DNA of 64,000 nucleotides. Source: an uncultured delta proteobacterium (GTDB lineage: Bacteria > Desulfobacterota > Binatia > UBA9968). The notes beneath the pieces were generated by a model, which was not told the DNA's origin, ran no database searches, and saw only the letters and a program-made list of their open reading frames with translations. The stretch spans positions 32,001 through 96,000 of the forward strand of contig CAWDPO010000001.1 in assembly GCA_963804165.1 (NCBI GenBank), in the 5' to 3' direction. The translations under genes were made by a program, and so were the position numbers. How positions within the stretch are numbered: the first letter of the stretch is position 1; every line of letters begins with the position of its first letter. Positions 9,424 to 17,024 of the stretch are shown piece after piece.

Positions 9424-10140
9424 CTATTTTGCATCGTGAAAAATAATTCCCAGGGTGTATCGCTCGCCGGAATGCACGGTGCTGACACCGTGACGAAGGT
9501 TGGCGCGATAATAACCTTGCGCGCCGCGAACGGGTCGATGATGAACTGAAAAGATGACCGCATCGCCCTGCTCGGGAGTGAGCACTTCAACACGGGATTG
9601 CCGGCGTGGTTGTTGCTCGGCAAGGACAAATTCGCCGCCGTCAAAATCTTTGCCGCGCTGACTCAAGAAACAGGTCACCTGAAAAGGAAAGACGACTTCG
9701 CCGTATAAATCTTGATGCAGACAATTGAAGTCGTCGGTGCCATATTTGAGAAGCAAGGGCGTTGCACGCTTTTGACCGGCACGATGACATTGGTTAAGAA
9801 AGTCCGCAAACTTTTCAGGATAGCGAGGCGTTTTGCCGCCAAGGCGTTCGTTCCACTGGTTGGCAAGCGGCGCGAGCTGCGGATAAATCGCTGCTCTAAG
9901 CTGTTGCACGAGCTCGGGCAACGGATAATTGAAATACTTATACTCGCCCCGACCGAACGAATAGCGCGACATCTCGATCCGCGAGCGGAATCGATGATCC
10001 TCGGCGTAATAGCCGGCCATTTCTTTGCAGATATTCTTCGTGAGCACGCCAGGGATCAACACAAATCCGCGTTCGTCGAGCTGTGACCGCGAATGTTCCC
10101 AATCAATGTCGCGCTCACCCATTGTCGATGGGATTTTCAT
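9424..10140 (-). CDS. 2OG-Fe(II) oxygenase (DUF2086 / prolyl-4-hydroxylase-like)
   Basis: FGRGEYKYF, TPLLLKY, CLHQDLYGE (HxD), LRHGVS, RYTLGIIFHDA. Confidence 0.88.
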   Translation of the reverse strand: MKIPSTMGERDIDWEHSRSQLDERGFVLIPGVLTKNICKEMAGYYAEDHRFRSRIEMSRYSFGRGEYKYFNYPLPELVQQLRAAIYPQLAPLANQWNERLGGKTPRYPEKFADFLNQCHRAGQKRATPLLLKYGTDDFNCLHQDLYGEVVFPFQVTCFLSQRGKDFDGGEFVLAEQQPRRQSRVEVLTPEQGDAVIFSVHHRPVRGAQGYYRANLRHGVSTVHSGERYTLGIIFHDAK

Positions 10141-10152
10141 CGAAAATTTCTC

Positions 10153-10653
10153 TCAGCAATTCATTGATACAGTGGAACGGGTTTCGAGAGCCAGAAGCGC
10201 GGCTTTCGTCTCGACCCCGCCCGCGAAGCCGGTAAGCGATCCGTCCGCACCAACGACCCGATGACATGGCACGATGATGGACAAAGGATTCTTGCCGTTG
10301 GCAGCGCCGACAGCGCGAGCAGCCTTGGAAGAACCGATCGCCCTTGCGAGATCGATATAGCTCCTGGTTTGACCGAACGGTATTTCTCTCAAGGCCCGCC
10401 AGACTTTTTTCTGAAACTCGCTACCGTCGGGCTGAAGCGGAAGATCGAACTCGGTTCTTTCGCCGGAGAAATATTCCGTAAGTTGTCGCTCGGTCTCCAG
10501 CAATATTGAGTGCTGCGGATCCAACGTCCCAGTATCAAGCTTTATTCGGTTTGGGGACTCGCGTTCCCAGAGAACCGCGACCAAAGCGTTGGAGCTTGCG
10601 ACCAGTTTGAGCTTGCCGACGGGGGATTCGATCTCTTTGTAAAATAGCGTCAT
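10153..10653 (-). CDS. ogt: Methylated-DNA--protein-cysteine methyltransferase
   Basis: SPVGKL, FQKKVWRALREIPFGQTRSY, ARAVGAANGKNP, active-site PCHRV; AAGGAG SD. Confidence 0.93.
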   Translation of the reverse strand: MTLFYKEIESPVGKLKLVASSNALVAVLWERESPNRIKLDTGTLDPQHSILLETERQLTEYFSGERTEFDLPLQPDGSEFQKKVWRALREIPFGQTRSYIDLARAIGSSKAARAVGAANGKNPLSIIVPCHRVVGADGSLTGFAGGVETKAALLALETRSTVSMNC

Positions 10654-11587
10654 CGTTTTTCTCCTTTTTGCGTTTGGACAGACTTTGAGTGAATTCCTTC
10701 CACAGATAAGTTGCCGCGTAGGATCGCCAAGGTTTGATCGGTTCCAAATCCAGATCAGGATGAAGCAAAAGAGCGCGCTTAAGAATCAAATCCGTCTTGG
10801 GAAACGCATCCGTGTCACCGATGGCCCGAAGGCTGATATACTCAGCGGACCACGGGCCGAGACCCTTCGTGTCGAGCAGCGACTTGCGAAACGCTGCGGG
10901 ATCTTGAGATTCGGAAAGAGAAATAGCGCCGCTCAGCACGCGCCGGCTGAAGTCGCGTATCGCCTCGCGGCGCGCGATCGTGGTTCTAACCGCGCTCAGA
11001 TCGGCCTTCGCCAAAACGTCGGCTTCGGGGAACAATCGCATGTTTTCTCCCGACGATGGATGCGCGATCGCCACTCCATAGTTGTGGACGAGTTGGCCGA
11101 CAAGATTTGCCCTTTGCTGTGCCGAAACCAATTGCCCCAGGATCGAACAGATTGCCGTTTCGAACGGATCCCATCCTCGCGCCAGTCGTAAACCCGGATA
11201 GCGGTGGCAAAGACTTGCGAGCAGAGGAATTCGCCTAAAGCTCCTCTCGATCAACATGGGATCACAGTCCAAATCGAACATTTTTCTTACTCGCTGCACG
11301 ACATCTATTTTTATCTTGGGCTCATCAGGCGCGATTCGAATTTTGAGCTGCGGCACGCCGACCATCGTTTCTATGCGAACAATTCCAGTCTTGCCTTCGC
11401 TGTAAAACACTCGCTCGAACGACTTTGCCGTGACCCGTTCCAACCCGGGAATCAGATGCGTCTGGTAAAATCGAATGATCGTCTGCCAATCATACGGTGA
11501 CTTAAACGGCAGATTGATCTCGATGCCGTCCGTGTCACCGGTCTTGGAGCGCTTCGCTCGTCCTGTCCGTTGCAGTCTCAAGGCCAA
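10535..11587 (-). CDS. alkA: DNA-3-methyladenine glycosylase II (AlkA N-terminal plus HhH-GPD domains)
   Basis: LPFKSPYDW, PGLRLARGWDPFETAICSILGQLVS, HhH GLGPWSAEYI, DAFPKTD, PWRSYA. TTG start. The 3' end probably lies near 10650 (see findings). Confidence 0.88.
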   Translation of the reverse strand: MALRLQRTGRAKRSKTGDTDGIEINLPFKSPYDWQTIIRFYQTHLIPGLERVTAKSFERVFYSEGKTGIVRIETMVGVPQLKIRIAPDEPKIKIDVVQRVRKMFDLDCDPMLIERSFRRIPLLASLCHRYPGLRLARGWDPFETAICSILGQLVSAQQRANLVGQLVHNYGVAIAHPSSGENMRLFPEADVLAKADLSAVRTTIARREAIRDFSRRVLSGAISLSESQDPAAFRKSLLDTKGLGPWSAEYISLRAIGDTDAFPKTDLILKRALLLHPDLDLEPIKPWRSYAATYLWKEFTQSLSKRKKEKNDDAILQRDRIPRRQAQTGRKLQRFGRGSLGTRVPKPNKA

Positions 11588-11590
11588 TCT

Positions 11591-12400
11591 CTAGGCTGGC
11601 TGACAGATTTTGCACGGGCGCATGCCTGCTTGTCTCGCTTCCGTAGCGTCAGCGAAAATCAAGATGCGCGCCCGGTCGACGCGCGCAGCGGTCCGGCAAG
11701 TGACCCGACAATAGATTTTGGTTCCCTTGTGGCCCCAGACGACGTTGTCGGGAAGGCGCACAGCCGCCTCCGCCAGGACAAAACCTTCGCTCCGCAGCAA
11801 TTGCAACTTACGCGGGATGCCGCCGCCATATCCACCGATCCTGCCGCCTGAAGCGATCACACGATGGCACGGAACGTAGATCGGCACCGGATTGTTGTGC
11901 ATGGCATTGCCGACGGCCCGCGCTCCCTTCGGCGCTCCGGCTGCGGCGCCCAAAGCTTGGTAGCTGACCACAGCGCCGCGCGGGACTTCCTGGAGCTTAT
12001 GCAAAACTTTCTTTTGGAACGCACTGGCCACCAGAGTGAAGTCGACTTTCTGACGCAGCGCTTTTGCCTCTCCGGCCAGATAACGGCGAATCTCCTCGCT
12101 GACTTCATTGATCGTCCGTCGATCGTCGACGAGATCCAGTTCGACTCGAAGTTTTGCAATCGTAACTGCGAGGTCGTCACCGTCCAGCAAGTAATGATTG
12201 AGCACGATGCCGCGGCCCGTCATGGCCACGAGCAGATCACCCAACGGTGATTTTACAATGCCCACTGCCGCGTCAGGGCGCCGAACATGCTTCAGCGCAT
12301 GATCGACCCGACTGCGAGAGCGACGCAACAATGCGTCGATTCCATGTTCTTCGAATTCCCTGCCGATTGACCCGATAATTTTTTCGATTTTCATAAACAT
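11591..12400 (-). CDS. Fusion protein: N-terminal extension, O6-alkylguanine methyltransferase and C-terminal Ada metal-binding domain
   Basis: SPLGDLLVA...ARAVGNAMHNNPVPIYVPCHRV, then TKIYCRVTC...FADATEARQAGMRPCKICQP. The ATG overlaps the sigma stop (TGATG). Confidence 0.88.
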   Translation of the reverse strand: MFMKIEKIIGSIGREFEEHGIDALLRRSRSRVDHALKHVRRPDAAVGIVKSPLGDLLVAMTGRGIVLNHYLLDGDDLAVTIAKLRVELDLVDDRRTINEVSEEIRRYLAGEAKALRQKVDFTLVASAFQKKVLHKLQEVPRGAVVSYQALGAAAGAPKGARAVGNAMHNNPVPIYVPCHRVIASGGRIGGYGGGIPRKLQLLRSEGFVLAEAAVRLPDNVVWGHKGTKIYCRVTCRTAARVDRARILIFADATEARQAGMRPCKICQPA

Positions 12401-12919
12401 CACCACATTGACTTAATTTTTCTTATCGCCTGGGAAACATTCGCCCGCGCCCCCTGTTCTGAGCAGTCCATCGCGGCGGCTATCTCCGCGTAGTTCAGAC
12501 CGGCGAAGCAGCGCAGATGCAGCGCTTCGCGTTGTTTCGGCGGGAGTGAAGCCATCAGCTCGCGCATGCGCACAGCCGCGTAACCTTCGTTTTCACTAAA
12601 CCCACGATGGGCTTTGCCCGATCCGCTCCCCTGCCGGACTTTTCTCCTCAACGGCCACGATCACGCGCGCTCGGCGCGCACCGTCACGTGCCCGATTGCG
12701 GCATAAGTTGACCGCGATCGCGTACAGCCACGGCCTGATCTCGCTCTCCGGCTCAAGGCGCGGATAGGCGCGATACGCGCGCAGCCAGGTTTCTTGAAAC
12801 AAGTCCGCAGCGTCCGCGCCATTGCCTGTCAGGCGCAGCAAATAGCGCAGGATCTCCCGTTCGTGGCGTTGCATGATTTGCTCGAAGGGAAGCGGTATTT
12901 GCAACTTTTTGGGCGCCAT
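12400..12919 (-). CDS. ECF RNA polymerase sigma factor (one frameshift near 12600-12650)
   Basis: Region 2 (DAADLFQETWLRAY, WLYAIAVNLCRN) in ORF 12596-12919; region 4 (LPPKQREALHLRCFAGLNYAEIAAAM...ARANVSQAIRKI) in ORF 12400-12651; span 520 nt, one base off frame. Confidence 0.88.
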
Positions 12920-12925
12920 ATGTCT

Positions 12926-12956
12926 CTTAAAACCCCGGGGGCGGGCGATTGTGAAA
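12926..12956 (-). promoter_or_regulatory. Putative ECF promoter TTTCACAA-N12-GGGGTTTTAAG, likely leaderless transcript
   Basis: The motif ends 6 nt before the sigma ATG, there is no SD, and a matching copy lies on the opposite strand. Confidence 0.7.
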
Positions 12957-12996
12957 AGTCTGCGTTTGAATATTAAATATTAGCGCGCTGGTTCGA

Positions 12997-13027
12997 TTTC
13001 ACAAATCACGCCCGTTGGGGTTCTAAG
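12997..13027 (+). promoter_or_regulatory. Putative ECF promoter TTTCACAA-N12-GGGGTTCTAAG
   Basis: 18 of 19 fixed positions and the spacer length match the 12926-12956 copy; upstream of the flavin reductase gene. Confidence 0.7.
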
Positions 13028-13085
13028 CAATAGATCGCTTCAAACCGATGTTACAACTGGGCCGTAGAAGAAAGGAGAAACGATC

Positions 13086-13799
13086 ATGCATATCACCTGC
13101 GAACTCTTCGATTTTGTACTTTGGTACGCCCGTCGTGCTGATCAGCAGCGTCAACGAAGATGGCTCGTACAATCTGGCGCCGATGTCATCGGCGTTTTGG
13201 CTCGGCTGGCGCTCGATACTTGGTTTGGCCGGGGTATCCAAAACGCCGCAAAACATAAGACGCACTGGCGAGTGCGTTCTCAATCTGCCTTCGGTCGACC
13301 TCGTACAGTCGGTCAATCGCCTGGCCCGTACCACCGGCACGAATCCCGTTCCCGAGACAAAAGTGCGCCGTGGCTATCGCTATGAACCAGATAAGTTCGG
13401 AATCTCGGGGTTAACGCCTGTTCGATCCGAAACGGTTGTTGCACCCTGCGTCCTCGAATGTCCCGTGCAGCTCGAATCCAAGGTCGAAGCGATCCATAAC
13501 GTAGCGCAGGACGATGCAGCACAGCGCGGACGGATCGTCATTTTCGAAGTGCGGATTCCGCGGGTGCATCTCGATGCATCGATTTTAATGGACGGAGATC
13601 GCAACCGAATCGACCCGAACAAGTGGCGGCCGCTCATCATGAGCTTTCAGCAATTCTAGGGCTCGAGTCGCATCAGCTGCACGATTCGACACTGGGACAA
13701 ATTCCCGAACGTTTGTACCGGGGCCCCGACATAGAGCAGGCACGCCGCGCGTCAAGGGCCGAGCGATATAATGGAATCAAGCGTGACGTTGGATCGTAG
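13086..13799 (+). CDS. Flavin reductase family protein (DIM6/NTAB), two indels
   Basis: AAAGGAG SD then ATG 13086 (MHITCE), shift to SILYFGTPVVLISS...NLAPMSS...ECPVQLE...WRPLIMSFQQF, then shift to GLESHQLHDSTLGQIPERLYRGPD, ending at TAG 13799. Confidence 0.8.
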
Positions 13800-13931
13800 C
13801 TTTGTTGACTTACCAACGTCTGACCGGATTATGCCCTGACTCGCAGAGTTTCCAAGTGGCTACAGCGATTACACCACGCCGGGAATCGGTCTCAAGCAGT
13901 GGCTGACACCGCGTCGCCCGGTAATTGAAAG

Positions 13932-14207
13932 TTAATTGAGGATTCCCTGCGTCTCATGGACATAGCACCAGATCCAAGCCGCCGGCGGGACAGCGCGCAT
14001 GACGGGATGTTGCGTCTCATGGAAATGTTTCGTCGCGTGCTTGCCCGTCGAGGAATCGCAACAGCCAATGTGGCCGCACGATTGGCACTCGCGAAGGGCC
14101 ACCCAAACAGTTCCTTCAGCTAGGCACTCCTCACACGCTCCGGGGGTTTTCTGCGGAGGAAAGTCCTCGGCAGTTAGTCCGTCCAAATGTTCACATGACG
14201 TTGCCAT
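13932..14207 (-). CDS. UBP-type zinc finger domain protein
   Basis: MATSCEHL...CEEC...LRECQSCGHIGCCDSS..KHATKHFHETQHP...WCY; GGAGG SD before ATG 14207. Confidence 0.88.
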   Translation of the reverse strand: MATSCEHLDGLTAEDFPPQKTPGACEECLAEGTVWVALRECQSCGHIGCCDSSTGKHATKHFHETQHPVMRAVPPAAWIWCYVHETQGILN

Positions 14208-14242
14208 ACGTTCCTCCTGCCGCGTCTGATCGTGTGGGTCAC

Positions 14243-14704
14243 TTAAAATTGAGACAGCACCCACAAGCTTCCGACGATCGCCACGAGATCCTCGACTAGA
14301 GCGATGTAAATATCCTGCGTGCCCAGCGCTTTCACGAGTCCGGTCCGAGCCTGGTAGCCGAGAAAACAACCCGCGACGCCGCCGACGGCGCCGAGGGCGG
14401 CGCCAAGAAAAATTCCTTGCGCTCCGCCGGCGGCAACGCATGCGCCGGTCAACCCGCCCATCACAATGCGCGCGATCAAACCGGGCGGCGCCGTGCGGCT
14501 CGGTGTCCGCGGTAGCTTGTCGGCAACCAGCTCGACGACCGCGAGCAGTGTAAAAATAACGACGGCGGGCAGTGAGCCGATGAGAGACAGCGGGTGCTCG
14601 AGTTTCAGCCAGCCCAAATACACAGCCCACGCTGTTGCGGCGGGAGCGGTCAGCGCGCGCAGCCCGCCAAAAAATCCGATGAGAAAAGCAAAAAGAAACG
14701 TCAT
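14243..14704 (-). CDS. DUF4126-like membrane protein
   Basis: GLRALTAPA, ELVADKLPRTPSRT, ALVEDLVAI; hydrophobic segments. Confidence 0.75.
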   Translation of the reverse strand: MTFLFAFLIGFFGGLRALTAPAATAWAVYLGWLKLEHPLSLIGSLPAVVIFTLLAVVELVADKLPRTPSRTAPPGLIARIVMGGLTGACVAAGGAQGIFLGAALGAVGGVAGCFLGYQARTGLVKALGTQDIYIALVEDLVAIVGSLWVLSQF

Positions 14705-14866
14705 GAAATGGTCATTCGTTCATCCGTCTATTTTCGCTAAAGACATTGTTCCGGCCCGTCTTGGAGACCTCATGGGCAAGCGCTCATTCCTGCCATCTTC
14801 CGCGAGAGCTTGTCCAGACTCCGCGATCGAGCAGTGCTGCCCTGATCGCTTAGTGTCTGTGGCCTA

Positions 14867-15565
14867 TCAAGCCAAATCGAATACAAGGATCTCGGCGTGA
14901 TCGAGGGCCCTGAGCTCCAGAGTGCTTTCTTCGCTGATAGCCGCGCCATCGCCTGCGTTCAGTGACATGCCATTAAGGGTAACGGCACCACGCGCCACTT
15001 GGGTCCAGATATTTCGACTCGGCTTGAGGGGCAAACTTGACTGCTCTCCAGGAGAGAAACGCGTGGCCCAGACATCCACATCCTGATGCACGGTGACGGA
15101 ACCGTCGCGACCGTCTTGCGCAGCGACAAGAGTCCATTTGCCACGATGGTCATCGAGTGAAAAAGCGCGCTGTTCATAACCCGGTGCCAAACCTGTCTTG
15201 TCCGGAATGATCCAAATCTGCAGGAAGTGCACGGGCTCGGTTTGCGACGCGTTGTATTCGCTGTGACTGATTCCTGTTCCCGCGCTCATCCGTTGGACAT
15301 CACCGACGCGAATGACCGAGCTCGCCCCCGTGCTGTCTTTGTGCGCCAAAGCGCCTTCGAGCACGTAGGTGATGATTTCCATGTCGCGGTGCGAGTGGGG
15401 CGGAAACCCGGCGCCGGGAACCACCCGGTCTTCGTTAATGACTCTGAGATCACTGAACCCCATCTGCTTGGGGTCGTAATAGTCGCCGAAAGAAAATGTA
15501 TGACGGCTGTCGAGCCAATCGAATTTAGTATGCCCCCTACCCTCACGGCGACGGAGTTTGATCAT
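14867..15565 (-). CDS. Pirin family protein (YhhW-like)
   Basis: WLDSRHTFSF, LRVINEDRV, FPPHSHRDMEIITYV, MSAGTGISHSEYN, FLQIWI. Confidence 0.93.
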   Translation of the reverse strand: MIKLRRREGRGHTKFDWLDSRHTFSFGDYYDPKQMGFSDLRVINEDRVVPGAGFPPHSHRDMEIITYVLEGALAHKDSTGASSVIRVGDVQRMSAGTGISHSEYNASQTEPVHFLQIWIIPDKTGLAPGYEQRAFSLDDHRGKWTLVAAQDGRDGSVTVHQDVDVWATRFSPGEQSSLPLKPSRNIWTQVARGAVTLNGMSLNAGDGAAISEESTLELRALDHAEILVFDLA

Positions 15566-15649
15566 ATCGGCCTCCTAAATTCTGACGGCGTTTACCTTTC
15601 CTGGCCGGCGACAGCTCTACTAGCAGAAGCCTAAAAACAATTGGGAATG

Positions 15650-15726
15650 CTTCGAGTGCCTCAGCATGAACGGAAAACCCTCGTCGAGATCAAAAGTTTT
15701 CCGTTCGTCCTGAGCTTCGTCGAAGG
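15650..15726. repeat. REP-like palindromic element
   Basis: CTTCGAgtgcCTCAGcATGAACGGAAAAC...GTTTTCCGTTCGTcCTGAGcttcgTCGAAG inverted arms. Confidence 0.75.
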
Positions 15727-15751
15727 ACTCCGAGAGAGTTTTTCAGCATCC

Positions 15752-15843
15752 TACTTGTGACCCGGCCGCTGTTGCCGGTGTTCTCGTTCCGGCCGAACAG
15801 CCATGCGTCCAACGACCAGGGACCCCGCTCCGCTGTAGTGCAT
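15752..15843 (-). pseudogene. DoxX-like gene relic (start codon joined to a C-terminal tail)
   Basis: GAGGAG SD and ATG at 15843, followed out of frame by GPWSLDAWLFGR, typical of DoxX C-termini; next to pirin. Confidence 0.5.
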
Positions 15844-16016
15844 ACTGTTTCTCCTCAAGCTAATTTGAAGGTTTCACTCACGTCTTGATCAACGCAGGCA
15901 GATATTCCTTGACCTCTTCCCTTTGAGCAAAGCACCGGCCGCCCGGTATGTGATCTCTGCTGACTGGCGCCACGATTTTTTCTCCCGACGATTTCATCCT
16001 CCATGCAGATGGCTTC

Positions 16017-16700
16017 TCAGCCGATGAAGCCACGCCTGCGGGCGGCTGCCTCAACCAACGCAGCTGGCATTTCTTGTTTGAGAATCGACTCCGCTGTCGC
16101 CAACGTCTCGGCCGATGCAAGCTCCGGACGGCCTACACCGAAGGGTGGCTGCGGCGCGTATTCGATGAGCAGCTCGGCCAATCTTCCCGTTTCTAAACCT
16201 TCCCATTTGCCGATCATCGCAAGCGCGAAATCGACCCCGGAAGTGACGCCGCCACCACTCGCACGATTGCGATCGATCACGACGCGAGCATCGTCCGGGA
16301 TTGCGCCAAATATCGCCACATGAGGTCGGGCGTACCAATAGCATGCGGAACGATAGCCCTTAGTCAGCCCCGCTGCACCCAACAACAATGCGCCGGTGCA
16401 CACGCTGGTCACCCACTTGGCCTGGCTGCCGATTCGTGCGATGGCGTCAAGTAATTCATCGTCCTGCAGCGCGTTACAGACACCCTGTCCGCCACCAGGT
16501 ACGAACAGGACATCGGGAGCGGACCAGCAGTTGTCAACGCTATGGGTTGCGACAACCTCGAGACCCATGTCGACCTTCACCGGCCCCGCCGTGCGTGCGA
16601 CGGTTTGGAACTCCGCGCCGGGCATAAGGCCCCAGACGGTTGTCGGCCCGATTAGATCAAGTGCCGTGAAACCTGGAAACAGAAATGACAGGATCTTCAT
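16017..16700 (-). CDS. DJ-1/PfpI family protein (isonitrile hydratase-like)
   Basis: FPGFTALDLIGP, DVLFVPGG, TSVCTGALLLGAAGL, GGVTSGVDFAL, EYAPQPPF. Confidence 0.9.
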   Translation of the reverse strand: MKILSFLFPGFTALDLIGPTTVWGLMPGAEFQTVARTAGPVKVDMGLEVVATHSVDNCWSAPDVLFVPGGGQGVCNALQDDELLDAIARIGSQAKWVTSVCTGALLLGAAGLTKGYRSACYWYARPHVAIFGAIPDDARVVIDRNRASGGGVTSGVDFALAMIGKWEGLETGRLAELLIEYAPQPPFGVGRPELASAETLATAESILKQEMPAALVEAAARRRGFIG

Positions 16701-16996
16701 GCTTTCACCCCGCCGGCTCCGAAAGCCTGCCCGTGATGCAGCAATATCTTTCGCGTCTGTTCAGGATTGCCTGAAGCCATATTGGAATCCCTTAATGGGT
16801 TTCGTTCACACCGTGAAGGATGCAAGCAAATCCTAGCCGCTCCGCGTTTTCCTAGTCCGTTGACTCGGCCAGCGCGCAACGCTTTACGATTACACGCGGC
16901 GGCGGCAACGGCGTCGCCGCATGCAAGCGCCGCACGAGCGATTTCCAGGCCGAGCTCGCGCGACGCGTCCGTAATGAACCAGACAATGGGTTTCAT
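16697..16996 (-). pseudogene. Truncated SDR N-terminal fragment
   Basis: VWFITDASRELGLEIARAALACGDAVAA is a degenerate WFITGASRGxG motif; similarity is lost after about 40 codons. Confidence 0.65.
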
Positions 16997-17024
16997 TTAG
17001 ATTTTCCTCGCTGCAATACGCCGA

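Noticed and set aside
12596-12651. Programmed frameshift or split sigma (separate region 2 and region 4 proteins)
   Set aside because: I recognised no convincing slippery site or internal SD/start, and similar indels occur in many unrelated genes; a sequencing error is more parsimonious.
13932-14630. 232-aa version of the UBP-ZnF ORF
   Set aside because: The extension overlaps the DUF4126 gene out of frame; the SD supports the start at 14207.
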